Of a stretch of DNA of 64,000 nucleotides, positions 21,006 to 31,789 are shown one piece after another. A program made the translations under genes and the position numbers. The DNA lies in contig JAKPQA010000074.1 in NCBI GenBank assembly GCA_029547025.1, positions 8,796-72,795 on the forward strand, in the 5' to 3' direction. A model generated the notes under the pieces. The model was not told the origin of the DNA. It ran no database searches and saw only the letters and a list, made by a program, of their open reading frames with translations. Position 1 is the stretch's first letter, and the number at the start of each line of letters is the position of its first letter. The stretch is from Armatimonadota bacterium (GTDB lineage: Bacteria > Armatimonadota > Zipacnadia > UBA1398 > JAKPQA01).

Positions 21006-22594
21006 GTCGCGAACGCGGGGCGAAGCATCGCCCCGCGTGCTCCCGATACCGTCACATCCAGCGTGCCGTCGATGTACACGCGGAACACATCGGCATGCGG
21101 CATCGTGGCCCAGTGATAGACCACCGTCCCCACGTTGGCCACATGCAGGGCGCCGCCGATCACGCTGAGGACCGCGATGATGAGGGCTGCCAGCTCGCTG
21201 GCCGCCGCTGCCGATAGGCCGACGCAGACGATGGCCAGAAGGGCCTCGACGCCCTCGGTGCCGATGAGCGAAATGCCCGTGAGGACGATCTGCACAACGG
21301 CACGGGTGGCCGACTTCCAGTTGAAGTGGCCAATGAAAGTCCGCAGGTTGTTCAGCATGTCCATGAAGTTCCGTGAGCTCGCGATGCTCTTGTAGAGATC
21401 GGTGCAGGTAAGCGGCAGCTTATCGCCGCCCGCGAGGAACCGGGCGTTGCTGATCCCCGAGATCACGGCGATGATGGGGAAGAACACGTAGAGCACGATG
21501 CTGATCCCCCAGGCGTCCATCGTGCTCTCGGGGATGTCGTCAGGTAGCGGCTCGGTCGCCGCCGCGAAGCCCGGGCCGCGGATCCAGTACTCGAGGCACG
21601 AGATGCCCTTTGTGTCCCGACTGTCGAGCCCCTTCGCCTCCTGGAACTGCGTCCAGGTCAGCAGCGAGCCAATACTCAGTGGCACCGCGCCGGGCATCGA
21701 GTTGATGCCGTCCGCCACCGTCTCCCAGTCCAGGTACTCGCCGTCGGTGTCGACCGGGTGCCGGTGGATGTTCACCCAACGCATGCCGTGGTTCTCCATG
21801 AAGACGTCCACGTCGCGCGGCTTGCCCGGGTTCCACGTGGTGCCGCCCGTGCCCGCTCCAGGCACTTTGAAGCGCGACCAAGGGCTCGGACCTTCCACTC
21901 TGAGCTTCACGTCATAGTCGTTGATGTCCCGCGCCAGAGCTTCGGGAGCCGCGGGAGCGTGGTAGTCGCACCACTGCGAGTAGCAGTCCGACAGCAGGTC
22001 TGATAGGTGCTCATCGTTGGCGACCAGGTCAGCCAGAGCCTCTGTCGGGAGCTTCGTCGCCAGGTAGCGGGACAGAGTGCTGAAGGTGCCGTACCCTTTG
22101 AGCTCAGCGATGACCTTCGCCGCACCCTCTGGGTCCGTGTCGAGAATGCCCGGCGTCAGGAACAGCAATCCCATGGCCGTGCTATCGGCGTCGAACTGCG
22201 GCGCCGCGCGCGATGACGCCCCTGCCGTCGCGGAAACCGTCACGGCCAGGCCACGAAGTGTGCGGTTCTGGTCCAGCGCGAACAGGAGCTGCGGACCTTC
22301 GCCAGACACCTGAGTCCGGAAACTGCCGGTCGCGGAGAGTGCGGCGCTCTGTTGGTACGCCGAGAGCACCGTCAGCCCCTCGCCGCCGATGGCCGTGCGG
22401 TCCACATAACCGGTGACCGTGACCACCTCGGGCGCGTTCGGGTCATCCGCGAAGTGGGTGGCGGTGGGGTCGCCCCCGTTGTTGCCACCGTTGCCGTGGT
22501 TGTCGTTGTTGCCGTCGACCGGCGCTGGCCCTCCCCCGCAGCCCGCAATCCCCACCATGACCGCGATCAGCAGCCACGCTATACCCCTGCTCAT
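21002..22594 (-). CDS. Hypothetical lipoprotein with hydrophobic C-terminal helices
   Basis: MSRGIAWLLIAVMVGIAGC lipobox; Gly/Asn linker; several hydrophobic segments near the C-terminus. Confidence 0.7.
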   Translation of the reverse strand: MSRGIAWLLIAVMVGIAGCGGGPAPVDGNNDNHGNGGNNGGDPTATHFADDPNAPEVVTVTGYVDRTAIGGEGLTVLSAYQQSAALSATGSFRTQVSGEGPQLLFALDQNRTLRGLAVTVSATAGASSRAAPQFDADSTAMGLLFLTPGILDTDPEGAAKVIAELKGYGTFSTLSRYLATKLPTEALADLVANDEHLSDLLSDCYSQWCDYHAPAAPEALARDINDYDVKLRVEGPSPWSRFKVPGAGTGGTTWNPGKPRDVDVFMENHGMRWVNIHRHPVDTDGEYLDWETVADGINSMPGAVPLSIGSLLTWTQFQEAKGLDSRDTKGISCLEYWIRGPGFAAATEPLPDDIPESTMDAWGISIVLYVFFPIIAVISGISNARFLAGGDKLPLTCTDLYKSIASSRNFMDMLNNLRTFIGHFNWKSATRAVVQIVLTGISLIGTEGVEALLAIVCVGLSAAAASELAALIIAVLSVIGGALHVANVGTVVYHWATMPHADVFRVYIDGTLDVTVSGARGAMLRPAFAT

Positions 22595-22644
22595 GCCCAC
22601 CCGGACGCGTCGGGTCACCAGCGTCGCGCTCCTCTCATGTTCCC

Positions 22645-24129
22645 TCACTCGTCGCCCGACGGGACGACTCGTATCGTGCACGCCCTGCTTGCCGGCAAAC
22701 AGGTCACGAAGTCGCTCGCCTCTGGATCCAAGCGCATGACCGCTCCGTTACCGAACAACCCGGACGTCGGGTTTGAGAGATCCACTGGGTACCCATCGAA
22801 GACATAGACACGACCCAGTGGCGTCACCGCAATCCCCGTCGCCAGCTTCACGTTCGACATGTGCCCGAACAGCGCTTCCATCTGCTTCATGCTCACGTTG
22901 TGATATGCGACCAGGTTGCCAGAGTTGTCGAACTTGAACAGACTGCGATCCCGGGTCGAGCCGATGACGCAGACGTTGCCCGCGTCGTCGACATCGACAT
23001 CGTTGGCCAGCATCTCGTCGACGACGCTCCCACAGGCGAATGTGTAAGTCCACTGCGTGCGGAGACTGCCCGCTCGACCGAACTTCACGATCCGCTTGTT
23101 GCCCGTGTCGGCCACGAAACAGTTCCCATAGCGGTCCACCGCCATGCCCTGTGGGTCCTTGAGCTGACCCTCGCCCGAGCCCACCGGAATGAGCTGGCGC
23201 GAGATGTCACGGAACTTGGCGTTCACTTGCACGATGCGGTAGGCGGCCAACCCGGTCGACGAGTCCACTGCCGGCCCGTCCAGCACGAAGACGGTGCCGA
23301 ACGGGTCGATGTCGATGGACCGAGGCGATATGAACACCATCGGGTCCCACGGCGAGCTCGGACAACCCGCCTGGTACTCGCCGCCTCTCGAGAACACCTG
23401 AATGCGGTTGTTGCCTGTGTCGGCGACCCATATGTCGTGCGTCTCGGGGTGCACCGCGATGTCGTAGGGATACGAGAGCTGACCCAAGCTCACACCTTGC
23501 CCCCCACCGATCTCGCGACTAAGCACCGGATCGCCGCTGGACAGGTCGTACTGGGCTATCTTGCTCTGCTGCGTGTCGAGGACGTACACGGTCAGGTCGC
23601 CATCGGCGGCGAGCTTGCACGGTGCCTGGAACTCACCGGCACCCGTGCCGTAGTAGCCCCAGCGGACATCGGCCACGTCGTACGCCCGCCGGTCGGTCTC
23701 CGGCTCAGAGAGGATCACTGACGCGTAGGTGATCCCATCGATGTTGGGCTTGATCGACACGTTGGCCTCGCCCCGGGCAAGCCACGGGTCTCTGTGTGCG
23801 GCGCTGGCGTATGCCGTCGCCTGCAACGTCGCGGCGCCCGCACGAACCGGGTCGAAAACCTTCTCGGTCTCCGGATAGTCGATATTCCCCGCGGTCCGAG
23901 TGGCATCGGCGTAGATGATGTAGAGGCTGATCGACCGCGCGGCATCCGGGATGACGCGAGTGCTCGAGGGAGCCTCGGGCCACTTCACGCGAACCACGAC
24001 CCGCCCCACCGAGCCGCTCTCCGACTCGGTAAGCGAGTCGCCGCCGAGTCCGCACCCCGCGAGGGCCACCACGCCCGCCAAGGCCAGGAGGCGAACGCTC
24101 GGTGGGGCACCACGGTTATCGAACAGCAC
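22645..24129 (-). CDS. NHL-repeat (beta-propeller) lipoprotein
   Basis: GTG 24129 after GGGGAG; lipobox LAGC; repeats GQLSYPYDIAV..IWVADTGNNRIQVF and GQLKDPQGMAVD..FVADTGNKRIVKF. Confidence 0.8.
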   Translation of the reverse strand: MLFDNRGAPPSVRLLALAGVVALAGCGLGGDSLTESESGSVGRVVVRVKWPEAPSSTRVIPDAARSISLYIIYADATRTAGNIDYPETEKVFDPVRAGAATLQATAYASAAHRDPWLARGEANVSIKPNIDGITYASVILSEPETDRRAYDVADVRWGYYGTGAGEFQAPCKLAADGDLTVYVLDTQQSKIAQYDLSSGDPVLSREIGGGQGVSLGQLSYPYDIAVHPETHDIWVADTGNNRIQVFSRGGEYQAGCPSSPWDPMVFISPRSIDIDPFGTVFVLDGPAVDSSTGLAAYRIVQVNAKFRDISRQLIPVGSGEGQLKDPQGMAVDRYGNCFVADTGNKRIVKFGRAGSLRTQWTYTFACGSVVDEMLANDVDVDDAGNVCVIGSTRDRSLFKFDNSGNLVAYHNVSMKQMEALFGHMSNVKLATGIAVTPLGRVYVFDGYPVDLSNPTSGLFGNGAVMRLDPEASDFVTCLPASRACTIRVVPSGDE

Positions 24130-24320
24130 GACCGACCACTCCCCAGAGAGGACAGGGACGCGCGCCCACCGCGCGCCCCCTCGCGCGTCACCGCTCACCA
24201 TTCGGACGGAATCGCGCGCACGCCTCCGCGACTCGGGAGCCGCAGGCGCTTCCCCGACACGCACCGAATACCCGCTCCGAGTCGCAGATCCCCAGATCCC
24301 TCAGACAAGACGGAGCGTAC

Positions 24321-27300
24321 ATGATGCCACTTCTGCTTGCATGCCTGTGGGTTATGGCCCCCTCGAGCCCCGTTCCGGCCAGCTTCCCGTTCGACGGCAC
24401 GCTCGCGTCCACCGTCGGGCACGCTCCAGTGCTTGCCGAGGGCGTCTTGTTCACCGAGGGCCGTCAGGGAGAGGCGGCCTACGTGGGCGGCCGCGCGCAC
24501 CTGGCCTATCCCGTGGGGGGCCTCTACGATCCCGCCAAGGGCACAATAGGACTGTGGGTGCGCCCCAGATGGAACGCGCGAGACATACGTGGCGACCGGC
24601 TCCTATGGTCGGTCGCGGGCGACGCGGGAGCTGACAACCAGATCGCTCTCGGGTTCTACGGAGGCGGCGACCGCACTATCGTCTACTTCTCGAACCCCGC
24701 CGGCGCCGACGGCGTGGTCTGGCCCATCGGCTGGCAGGCCGGCGAGTGGCATCACCTGCTGGCCTGCTGGGATGAGTCCACACGCTGCAGAGCCCTCTAC
24801 ATCGATGGCGTTCGCGTGGGCGTCTCGAACTTCCGGCGCGACATGCCACGCACGGCTACGACCTTCCAGGTCGGCTATCTGCCGGGCGAGTACCAGGGCG
24901 CGACAGACGCGTGCCAGGCCGAGTGTGACATCGACGACCTGCGCCTCGCCCAGACCGTCGAACCCGCCGACTTCGCCGAGGCCGTCGCTGGGCTCGAGGA
25001 GAGTGCCACACGCGCCGAGCGTGAGGCGCTCCGGGCACGGCTCGCCGAGACGTTCTCCCTGGACCGCGTCGCGCGAGAGCACATCGAGGTCACCTGGGAC
25101 GACGTCCTGGGCCTCTGCCACCCCATGACGAAGCGCGTGCCGATCCAAGTCCGCCACCACCCTGATGTCGTCTTCGTCCAGCCCGACATGTCCATCTCCC
25201 TTGGCACCCGCGACGATGCTCTGGGCCTCGGCCTGGCCCTCGGGATTCCGCCCCGTCTGCCGGGCCTGCGCCAGGTGGTGCTCCGGCTCCACCGAGGCTA
25301 CCAGCCGATCGTCATCAGCCAGTGGGAGACGGACGGGCTAACGGTGACCCAGACGGCCCTGTGCACGCTCGTGGGGGCCGAGGATGTGAGAACGGGCCGC
25401 GAGACCCAGTACGTCATCACCCACACCACCGTCAGCAACACCGGGGACACCACCCGGGAGACCACCCTGACAGCTCTCATCGGCCGAATGGGCGGCTCGC
25501 AGAACACCAACTACGGCCCCTTCATGGCCCCGGTGGACCGTTGGCTGCAACCGGACATGGGCCTGCGCCTTGCCGACGGAGTGGTGACGGTGGGCGACCG
25601 AGGCCTGCTCGCCTACCGCGCGGAGGGCACCAGCGGCCCCGAGCTCCGTCCGACCCTGGCGCTGCCCGTGCCCACAGGAGCCCCCCAACGCGAGCTCACG
25701 AACTGCCTGTGCTTCCCCACCAGCCTCGCCCCGGGCGAGGAGACCACCGTCGACCTGGTCGCTCCCACCGCGCCGGGGCTCTGCGACCCTCAGGACCTGG
25801 CCCAAGCTGCATTGACTCCGTTCGCCGAGGCGCTCTCCAGGGCGGAGGCCTACTGGGATGCTCCACTCGCCAAAGGCATGAAGCTGACCACGCCGGAGCC
25901 GCGCTATAACGACATCTACCGCCACCTGATCCTCTCGTCGCTGCAGAGCACCGTCCAGGAGCCCGACCGGCCGTGGCACGTGCCCTACCAGAGCGTCTTC
26001 GCGCCCTCCATGGTCTGGCCGTGGGAGTTCGCCCACATGGCCGTGCCCCTCATGTCCATCGGCTACGCGGAGGAGATGCGGCCGTCGCTGGCCTTCTTCA
26101 CCGAGCGGCAGACGGGCGTCGGACCGCACTCTGCCGGCCGAGGGCCCGAGGGCGATGTGCTCTCGGTGGACGGCTGCTACACCGGCACGTCGATGTACTG
26201 GATGTGCGAGACGGGCTCCGTCCTCTGGGCACTTGGCGAGGAGTATCTCCGCTCGGGCGATGCCGACTGGCTCCGCCAGCAGCGCCCGAGCATCCTCGCC
26301 GCCTGGGGGTGGATCCAGCGGGAGCGGGCCCGCACACGTCTGCGGTATGACGACGGCCGAAAGGTCGAGTACTACGGCCTTCTGCCCAAGGGCCGCGTGC
26401 ACGACTGGGAAGGGCACCGGTACCACTTCGGCTTCTCCGACGGATACACGTGGAAGGGCATGTCGACCATAGCCAATGCATTCGCGCGCGCCGGCCTGCC
26501 GGAAGCAGACCGGCTGACCGCCGAGGCCGAGGAGTACAAGCAGTGCATCCTCGATGTCGCGCGGCGGGCCGAGTTCACCGATCCCGAGACCGGCCTCTCG
26601 TTCGTCCCGAGCACCGTGTTCCACCGCGAGGGCGCCCGGGGCGGCGTCTGGTGGGCCGATGGGCCCCAGGCGCTGTTCGCCAGCGGGATCCTCGACCCCA
26701 CTGACCGGCGGTTCGAGCCGATGCTCGAGTACCTCGACCGGAAGTGGACTACCCTCATGGGGCTCATGGGCCACATGGATGGCCCTCCCGACAACACCTA
26801 CTGGTACGTGAACTCAACTGAGCGCGAGTACTACCGAGACTTCCTCGCCCGGGGCGAGTTTGAGAAGGCGTGGCTCGTGTTCACATCCAACCTGGCCTAC
26901 ACGCTGTCACACGACTGCTATCAGACCGTTGAGCGGATCGACGTGTATGAGAGCAACTTCGCGCCCTTCCAGCCCAACCCGTCGGGCAACGGCCGGCTGC
27001 TCGATATGTTCAAGCGAATGGTGGTCGACGAGCAGGATCCACGGACGCTGTGGCTCCTCCGCGGGTGTCCGCGCGCGTGGCTGGCGCCGGGGCAGTCGGT
27101 TCGGGCCTCGGACGCCCCGACGGCCTTCGGGACCGTTGGCGTCGAGTCCCGATCGACGGAGGGTGCCGTGGTAGTCCAGATCGACCCACCGGCGCAGTGG
27201 CCGCCCGATGGTCTCCGGGTCGTGGTGCGCCGGCCCGGAGGCGGCCGGTGGAGCCGCATAACGGTCAATGGCCACCGGGCCGAGCTTGAGGATGGGATCG

Positions 27301-27356
27301 AGACCGTCCGCGTGCGGAAGGCATGTCGGCACCTCACGCTGGTGTGCCAGCCGTGA
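24321..27356 (+). CDS. Secreted LamG domain plus six-hairpin (alpha/alpha) glycosidase-like protein
   Basis: Signal peptide; GTIGLWV, GEWHHLLACWD, IDDLRL (LamG); C-terminal helical region with WPWE, GDADWL, GLLP, LWLLRGCPRAWL. Confidence 0.7.
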   Translation: MMPLLLACLWVMAPSSPVPASFPFDGTLASTVGHAPVLAEGVLFTEGRQGEAAYVGGRAHLAYPVGGLYDPAKGTIGLWVRPRWNARDIRGDRLLWSVAGDAGADNQIALGFYGGGDRTIVYFSNPAGADGVVWPIGWQAGEWHHLLACWDESTRCRALYIDGVRVGVSNFRRDMPRTATTFQVGYLPGEYQGATDACQAECDIDDLRLAQTVEPADFAEAVAGLEESATRAEREALRARLAETFSLDRVAREHIEVTWDDVLGLCHPMTKRVPIQVRHHPDVVFVQPDMSISLGTRDDALGLGLALGIPPRLPGLRQVVLRLHRGYQPIVISQWETDGLTVTQTALCTLVGAEDVRTGRETQYVITHTTVSNTGDTTRETTLTALIGRMGGSQNTNYGPFMAPVDRWLQPDMGLRLADGVVTVGDRGLLAYRAEGTSGPELRPTLALPVPTGAPQRELTNCLCFPTSLAPGEETTVDLVAPTAPGLCDPQDLAQAALTPFAEALSRAEAYWDAPLAKGMKLTTPEPRYNDIYRHLILSSLQSTVQEPDRPWHVPYQSVFAPSMVWPWEFAHMAVPLMSIGYAEEMRPSLAFFTERQTGVGPHSAGRGPEGDVLSVDGCYTGTSMYWMCETGSVLWALGEEYLRSGDADWLRQQRPSILAAWGWIQRERARTRLRYDDGRKVEYYGLLPKGRVHDWEGHRYHFGFSDGYTWKGMSTIANAFARAGLPEADRLTAEAEEYKQCILDVARRAEFTDPETGLSFVPSTVFHREGARGGVWWADGPQALFASGILDPTDRRFEPMLEYLDRKWTTLMGLMGHMDGPPDNTYWYVNSTEREYYRDFLARGEFEKAWLVFTSNLAYTLSHDCYQTVERIDVYESNFAPFQPNPSGNGRLLDMFKRMVVDEQDPRTLWLLRGCPRAWLAPGQSVRASDAPTAFGTVGVESRSTEGAVVVQIDPPAQWPPDGLRVVVRRPGGGRWSRITVNGHRAELEDGIETVRVRKACRHLTLVCQP

Positions 27357-27438
27357 AGCTGGCGGCGGAACGAGGGAGCGTGTGGGTCAGGGCCGTTGTG
27401 GGGCCCCATGGCCCCAGCACATAGGGAGGTGCATCACG

Positions 27439-28125
27439 ATGCGACACGGAGCATGGATCACGGTGAGCGTCGTCGTGGCAGTTGCCGTCGGGCTCGCCGC
27501 AGCGCAAGACAATGGGTATGCGCTGAAGGACTACATGCCAAGAGCCGTAGGGTCGATCTGGTCGATGCAGCCAGCCGGTGGCGGCCAGCGCACGACACTC
27601 GAGGTACTGCCGCCCGAAGACATCAATGGACACCAGGTCTCGGCGCTCGTGACGAAGTCGCCCGATGGCACGGTCCGTATGGGGACGTATGAGACCGTGG
27701 ACGCCGACAGCTATATCGTCTATGGATCACTATTCGTCGCCGGTCCGGGCGGCCCCGGCGGGGGCCCGCAGGGCCCCGCCCCGGATGAGCCCCGGAAGGT
27801 CCTCCACGACCCGCCCGCACGATTCCCGGGCACCCTCAAAGTCGGCGAAACCTACGAGGCCACCTTCAGCTCCACCGGCGGCCGGCGGCCGGCCCAGGTG
27901 ACCATGAAGATCACCCTCGAGGCCGTCGAGTCAGTCACCGTGCCCAAGGGGACCTTCGACGGCTGCCTCAAGGTCGTGACCTCCACCACTCGAGGACAAC
28001 GCGAGATGAAACGCACCACTTGGTACGCCAAAGGCGTTGGGCCAGTGAAGACGGAGCGCGTGGGCCGCAATGGGCTGGCCAACGTCACCGAGTTGGTCGA
28101 GTACAAGCTCGGCGAGACCCCATAG
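27439..28125 (+). CDS. Secreted hypothetical protein (DUF3108-like beta-sheet family)
   Basis: GGAGGT RBS; signal peptide; ESVTVPKGTFDGCLKV...WYAKGVGPVK. Confidence 0.7.
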   Translation: MRHGAWITVSVVVAVAVGLAAAQDNGYALKDYMPRAVGSIWSMQPAGGGQRTTLEVLPPEDINGHQVSALVTKSPDGTVRMGTYETVDADSYIVYGSLFVAGPGGPGGGPQGPAPDEPRKVLHDPPARFPGTLKVGETYEATFSSTGGRRPAQVTMKITLEAVESVTVPKGTFDGCLKVVTSTTRGQREMKRTTWYAKGVGPVKTERVGRNGLANVTELVEYKLGETP

Positions 28126-28201
28126 GAGCCTGGCGCGTGGAGCGAAGGGGGAGGGCAGTGGCTGATCACGACCTGGGCCGGATCAGCCCTGCCCGACCCA
28201 T

Positions 28202-28987
28202 TCATGCCCCCGCCGGCATCAGCCGGACGGCATCCGCGTTGCAGTAGCCCTCCGATGGAGTCTGTGTGGTGAACTCGATGTAACTGCCAGGGCCCAGTGT
28301 AAGGGTCGCCAACGGGAACCACTCATTCCCGTTCCGCCTCAGACTGACATAGTAGGTATGGTCGGTTCCCGACGAGTCGTGCACGATGATCGGCTGGGCG
28401 GCGGTTCGGTTTTCCGCAGCCGACCAGTAGACCGAGATGTCATACAACGCCACGGTCGCCAGGTCCAGCGTGAAGCGGGCGCGCGCGAGCGGATCGGGAG
28501 GCGTGCTGTAGGCGTACGCGAAGTCGGCGCCCCAGCACCCATTCCCATCGGTTGTGGGCGACAGATCCCAGGTCCCCTCGACAACCGAGAACGCCGCATC
28601 GGTGTTGTCGATAGCCATGCCTACAGTGACCGTGACATCGTCCACACTGGAGGCGCTTCCATCGTTGGCAGTCAGGCGGAGCACATAGACGCCCATGGCA
28701 TCGAACGTAGCCGTCGTGTCCACGGCCGCGGCATTGCCGAAAAGGACGTTCCCCGGCCCGCTCACTCGACTCCACGTCGTGGTCAGCGTCCCGCTTGGGC
28801 TCCCATCATCTGTCGCTGTGGCGTCCAGATTCAGCGCAATCCCCACAAGGGCCGCGAGGTCTGCCCCGGCATTGACAACCGGGGCGGCGTTCCCGCCACC
28901 CCCACCGCCACCGCATCCGGCCGCGACGAGTCCAAGTACCACAACCGCAGCGACCGGAGCGATCGCACTCCGACGTTCCCGGTCCAT
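28202..28987 (-). CDS. Lipoprotein with PKD/K319-like Ig domain and golvesin/Xly-like C-terminal domain
   Basis: GGAGG RBS; lipobox AAGC plus poly-Gly; NAAPVVNAGAD...TDDG...WSRVSGPG...YVLRLTAND; YDISVYW...NADAVRL. Confidence 0.75.
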   Translation of the reverse strand: MDRERRSAIAPVAAVVVLGLVAAGCGGGGGGGNAAPVVNAGADLAALVGIALNLDATATDDGSPSGTLTTTWSRVSGPGNVLFGNAAAVDTTATFDAMGVYVLRLTANDGSASSVDDVTVTVGMAIDNTDAAFSVVEGTWDLSPTTDGNGCWGADFAYAYSTPPDPLARARFTLDLATVALYDISVYWSAAENRTAAQPIIVHDSSGTDHTYYVSLRRNGNEWFPLATLTLGPGSYIEFTTQTPSEGYCNADAVRLMPAGA

Positions 28988-29060
28988 CGCGATCCCTCCA
29001 CCTTCTCATGTCCGCACGCATTGAATGCAGTCTGAGTGGTGGGTTCGCGACTGCGCCAGA

Positions 29061-30287
29061 CTAGTCCTCGATCGAGGCTAGGCGCACAACCTCCGAACAC
29101 ATCGCAACCACGTGGTAGTCGACCTTCCACTCATTCCCCTTGTCGGCATTGCGAGCATCCTCGTGCGGATACCAACCTCCAACCTCCGGATCGGTGAAGT
29201 GCTCGCGCCAGAAACCAACGTTCCGCAGCAGCGCCTCCGCCAGGTCGCCCCGACCCCGAGCCGCCACATGATGCGCCAGAGCCCGCGTGGCCTCGCACTG
29301 CTCCCACCAGCCCCTCGGGCGCGAGCGGTCCCCAGCGCCTCCACCGACCGGGTAGGACGTCCTCACCCCTCCGTCGGCGTCCATCCCATGTGCGAGGCCG
29401 AACTCCAGCAGCGCCGCGGCGGGACCGGCATAGCGGCTCGGCAGGCCGACCTCGACCGCGCGTGAGAGCAGGAATGCCCACTCGAACAGATGGCCGATGT
29501 TGATCCAGCCACCGGCGGAGTCGGGCAGGGCGCGCCAAGCCGGGTCATATGTCTCGGGGAGCGCTCCGTCGGCGCGCATGAGCTCTCCGGTGATGAAGTC
29601 GCCCACGCCCTGCGCCGCTGACGTCATGTGCCCCATCCCCGGAACCATGCTGAGCCACAGCAGTGCCTCGAACATGTGCATGACCGGGTTCTGGCTGCGC
29701 ACCTCGTCCAGGATCTGGATGCCTTCTCGGTCGGTTCGCTGCGCCAGCCCTCCGGCATCATCGGCCAGGTGCTCCTCGACCCACCGCCACACACTCTCGG
29801 CCGCTGCGGCGTAGCGGTCATCGCCCGTGCACGCGGCGGCGTTGGCCAGGCCGAAGAGGGCGAAGGCGTGCCCGTAAGCATCCTTGTAGTCCTCGAGGAC
29901 CCGACCGCCACGCCCGACCGACCAGAACACGCCGCCGAAGTCGCGATCGACGAAGTGCTCCACGATGTAGTCTGCCCCACGCCTCACGACCGTGCGATAG
30001 CCCTCGTCACCGGTCAGCACATGCCCCGCGGCGAAGTTGTGCACCAGCCGACCCTGCGACACGATCGTGCTGAACCCGCGGTCCACGGGGCGCCACCGGG
30101 CGTCGACGTGCGGCAGAAGCAGGCCCTCAGGCGTCGGTGCCACCGCAAGCCACCTGGGCAGCAACTCCTCGGCAATATGAGCACGGAACCAAGCCACGTC
30201 GAGCAGGGCGCTAATCCCTGACACCGAGACACCGTCCCAACGCAACCAGCCGACAGGAGCCACCGGAAGGCCGCCCGGCACCGCCAC
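29061..30287 (-). CDS. AGE family epimerase/isomerase (cellobiose 2-epimerase / N-acylglucosamine 2-epimerase-like)
   Basis: KDAYGHAFALFG, QNPVMHMFEA, GHLFEWAFLL, WWEQCEA, WKVDYH (catalytic His motifs); start uncertain. Confidence 0.88.
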   Translation of the reverse strand: MAVPGGLPVAPVGWLRWDGVSVSGISALLDVAWFRAHIAEELLPRWLAVAPTPEGLLLPHVDARWRPVDRGFSTIVSQGRLVHNFAAGHVLTGDEGYRTVVRRGADYIVEHFVDRDFGGVFWSVGRGGRVLEDYKDAYGHAFALFGLANAAACTGDDRYAAAAESVWRWVEEHLADDAGGLAQRTDREGIQILDEVRSQNPVMHMFEALLWLSMVPGMGHMTSAAQGVGDFITGELMRADGALPETYDPAWRALPDSAGGWINIGHLFEWAFLLSRAVEVGLPSRYAGPAAALLEFGLAHGMDADGGVRTSYPVGGGAGDRSRPRGWWEQCEATRALAHHVAARGRGDLAEALLRNVGFWREHFTDPEVGGWYPHEDARNADKGNEWKVDYHVVAMCSEVVRLASIED

Positions 30288-30292
30288 CGCGG

Positions 30293-30867
30293 CTACGGGT
30301 AGATGTACCCGCCCTTCGTGGCGTCGAACCGCACCATCGGTGCACCCTCAGGGGAGTGGCTTCGCAGCATGGCCTCAAGCGAGCCGTCGCACATCGCCAC
30401 GCGGATCGTTGGATTCGCGCACGCCGTCTGCTCCGCCAGATCGCCGAACTCTATGCCCTCGACGGGCTCCCGCTTCGACAAGTCACTAGATCGCACGAAC
30501 CGAAAGCTCCACTGCGCGGGTCTGCTCGACTCATAGGCCATCAGGAAACCCTTACCGTCCCGGCAGACCGATGTGTTGAGCAGGTGCTCGTCCCCTCGAC
30601 GCGTCACGACCTGCTCCTGTCTCCATGTCCTCAGGTCGGTCGACCAGAAGCAGCGGATGTCCTTGGTCCACTCCGTGTTGGTGTTCTCGGTAGCGAACAG
30701 GCTGAGCCCATCGCCGTTGACGAACCCGCTAACGAAGGAGAACCCCGTCAGACGACCGCGGTGTTCTCCATCCCTTCGCCGAAGGCGAACGGCAGCTTGG
30801 TGAGCACCGGGTTGTCCGGCGCTGCCTCGCCCGGGGCGAGGAATGGGCAGACGCTCAGGGCAGACAC
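30293..30867 (-). pseudogene. Frameshifted, probably internally deleted remnant of a secreted beta-propeller (GH43/BNR-like) protein
   Basis: Frame A (signal-like...LTKLPFAFGEGMENTAVV) stops at 30748; frame B continues GFSFVSGFVNGD...WSTDLRTW...RSSDLSK to 30293 with no start codon upstream of 30607. Confidence 0.55.
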
Positions 30868-30883
30868 GAGGCGCCGAGGGAGC

Positions 30884-31591
30884 CTACTCCGGCTTCGCCT
30901 CTCCGGCCACCCGCGGGTAGACCAGCCCCGAGGCGAGCGCCCCAACGATGGGCCCGACCCAGAACAACCAGAGCTGCTGCAGAGCCCAACCTCCAACGAA
31001 GACCGCCGGCCCCGTGCTCCGAGCTGGGTTCACCGAGGTGTTCGTGATCGGGATGCTGATCAGGTGGATGAGAGTGAGACACAGGCCAATGGCGATGGGT
31101 GCCAGGCCGGCGGGAGCCCGCGAGTCGGTCGACCCCAGGATCACGAACAGGAACATAAACGTCAGCACGATCTCCGCAAGCAGGCCCGATTCCAGCGGGT
31201 AGAAACCCGGCGAATGCTCCCCGTAGCCGTTGGATGCAAAGCCGCCTTTGAGGTCGAACTCCGGGTTGCCGTTGGCGACAACATACAGCACGCCCGCAGC
31301 CGCGATGGCCCCGGCCAACTGCGCGGCAATGTACGGCAGCAGGTCAGAGCCGCGGAACCGCTTGCCGGCCCAAAGCCCCAGCGAGACGGCGGGGTTCAAG
31401 TGGCACCCCGAGATGTGCCCGATCGCGTAGGCCATCGTCAGGACCGTGAGACCGAACGCGAGGGAAACCCCCACAAGGCCAATCCCCACCTCGGGGAAAT
31501 TGGCCGCCAGCACCGCACTGCCGCAACCGCCGAACACGAGCCAGAACGTCCCGATGAACTCCGCTGCCGCACGCTTACCGATGGGCACCAA
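30884..31591 (-). CDS. aqpZ: Aquaporin Z
   Basis: [56 protein letters not shown]. Confidence 0.95.
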   Translation of the reverse strand: MVPIGKRAAAEFIGTFWLVFGGCGSAVLAANFPEVGIGLVGVSLAFGLTVLTMAYAIGHISGCHLNPAVSLGLWAGKRFRGSDLLPYIAAQLAGAIAAAGVLYVVANGNPEFDLKGGFASNGYGEHSPGFYPLESGLLAEIVLTFMFLFVILGSTDSRAPAGLAPIAIGLCLTLIHLISIPITNTSVNPARSTGPAVFVGGWALQQLWLFWVGPIVGALASGLVYPRVAGEAKPE

Positions 31592-31789
31592 ACACCCTCT
31601 CCTCTCCCCAAGCCGCGCCGACGATGCGGCTCGTTGCAGACCAACCTAGGAACGAGGAACCCAGTGAACTCCAACGGTGGGCCCGGTGACCGGGCTGCGC
31701 GACCTCGAGCATCGCGGCATAGTTACCATGTTCACGTAAGCACCACGCCACTCCTTTGCCACGACGCGCGGCTGAGCGCCGACAGGGGC

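Noticed and set aside
30748-30750. TGA as selenocysteine or readthrough
   Set aside because: The plausible coding sequence continues in a different frame, which fits a frameshift.
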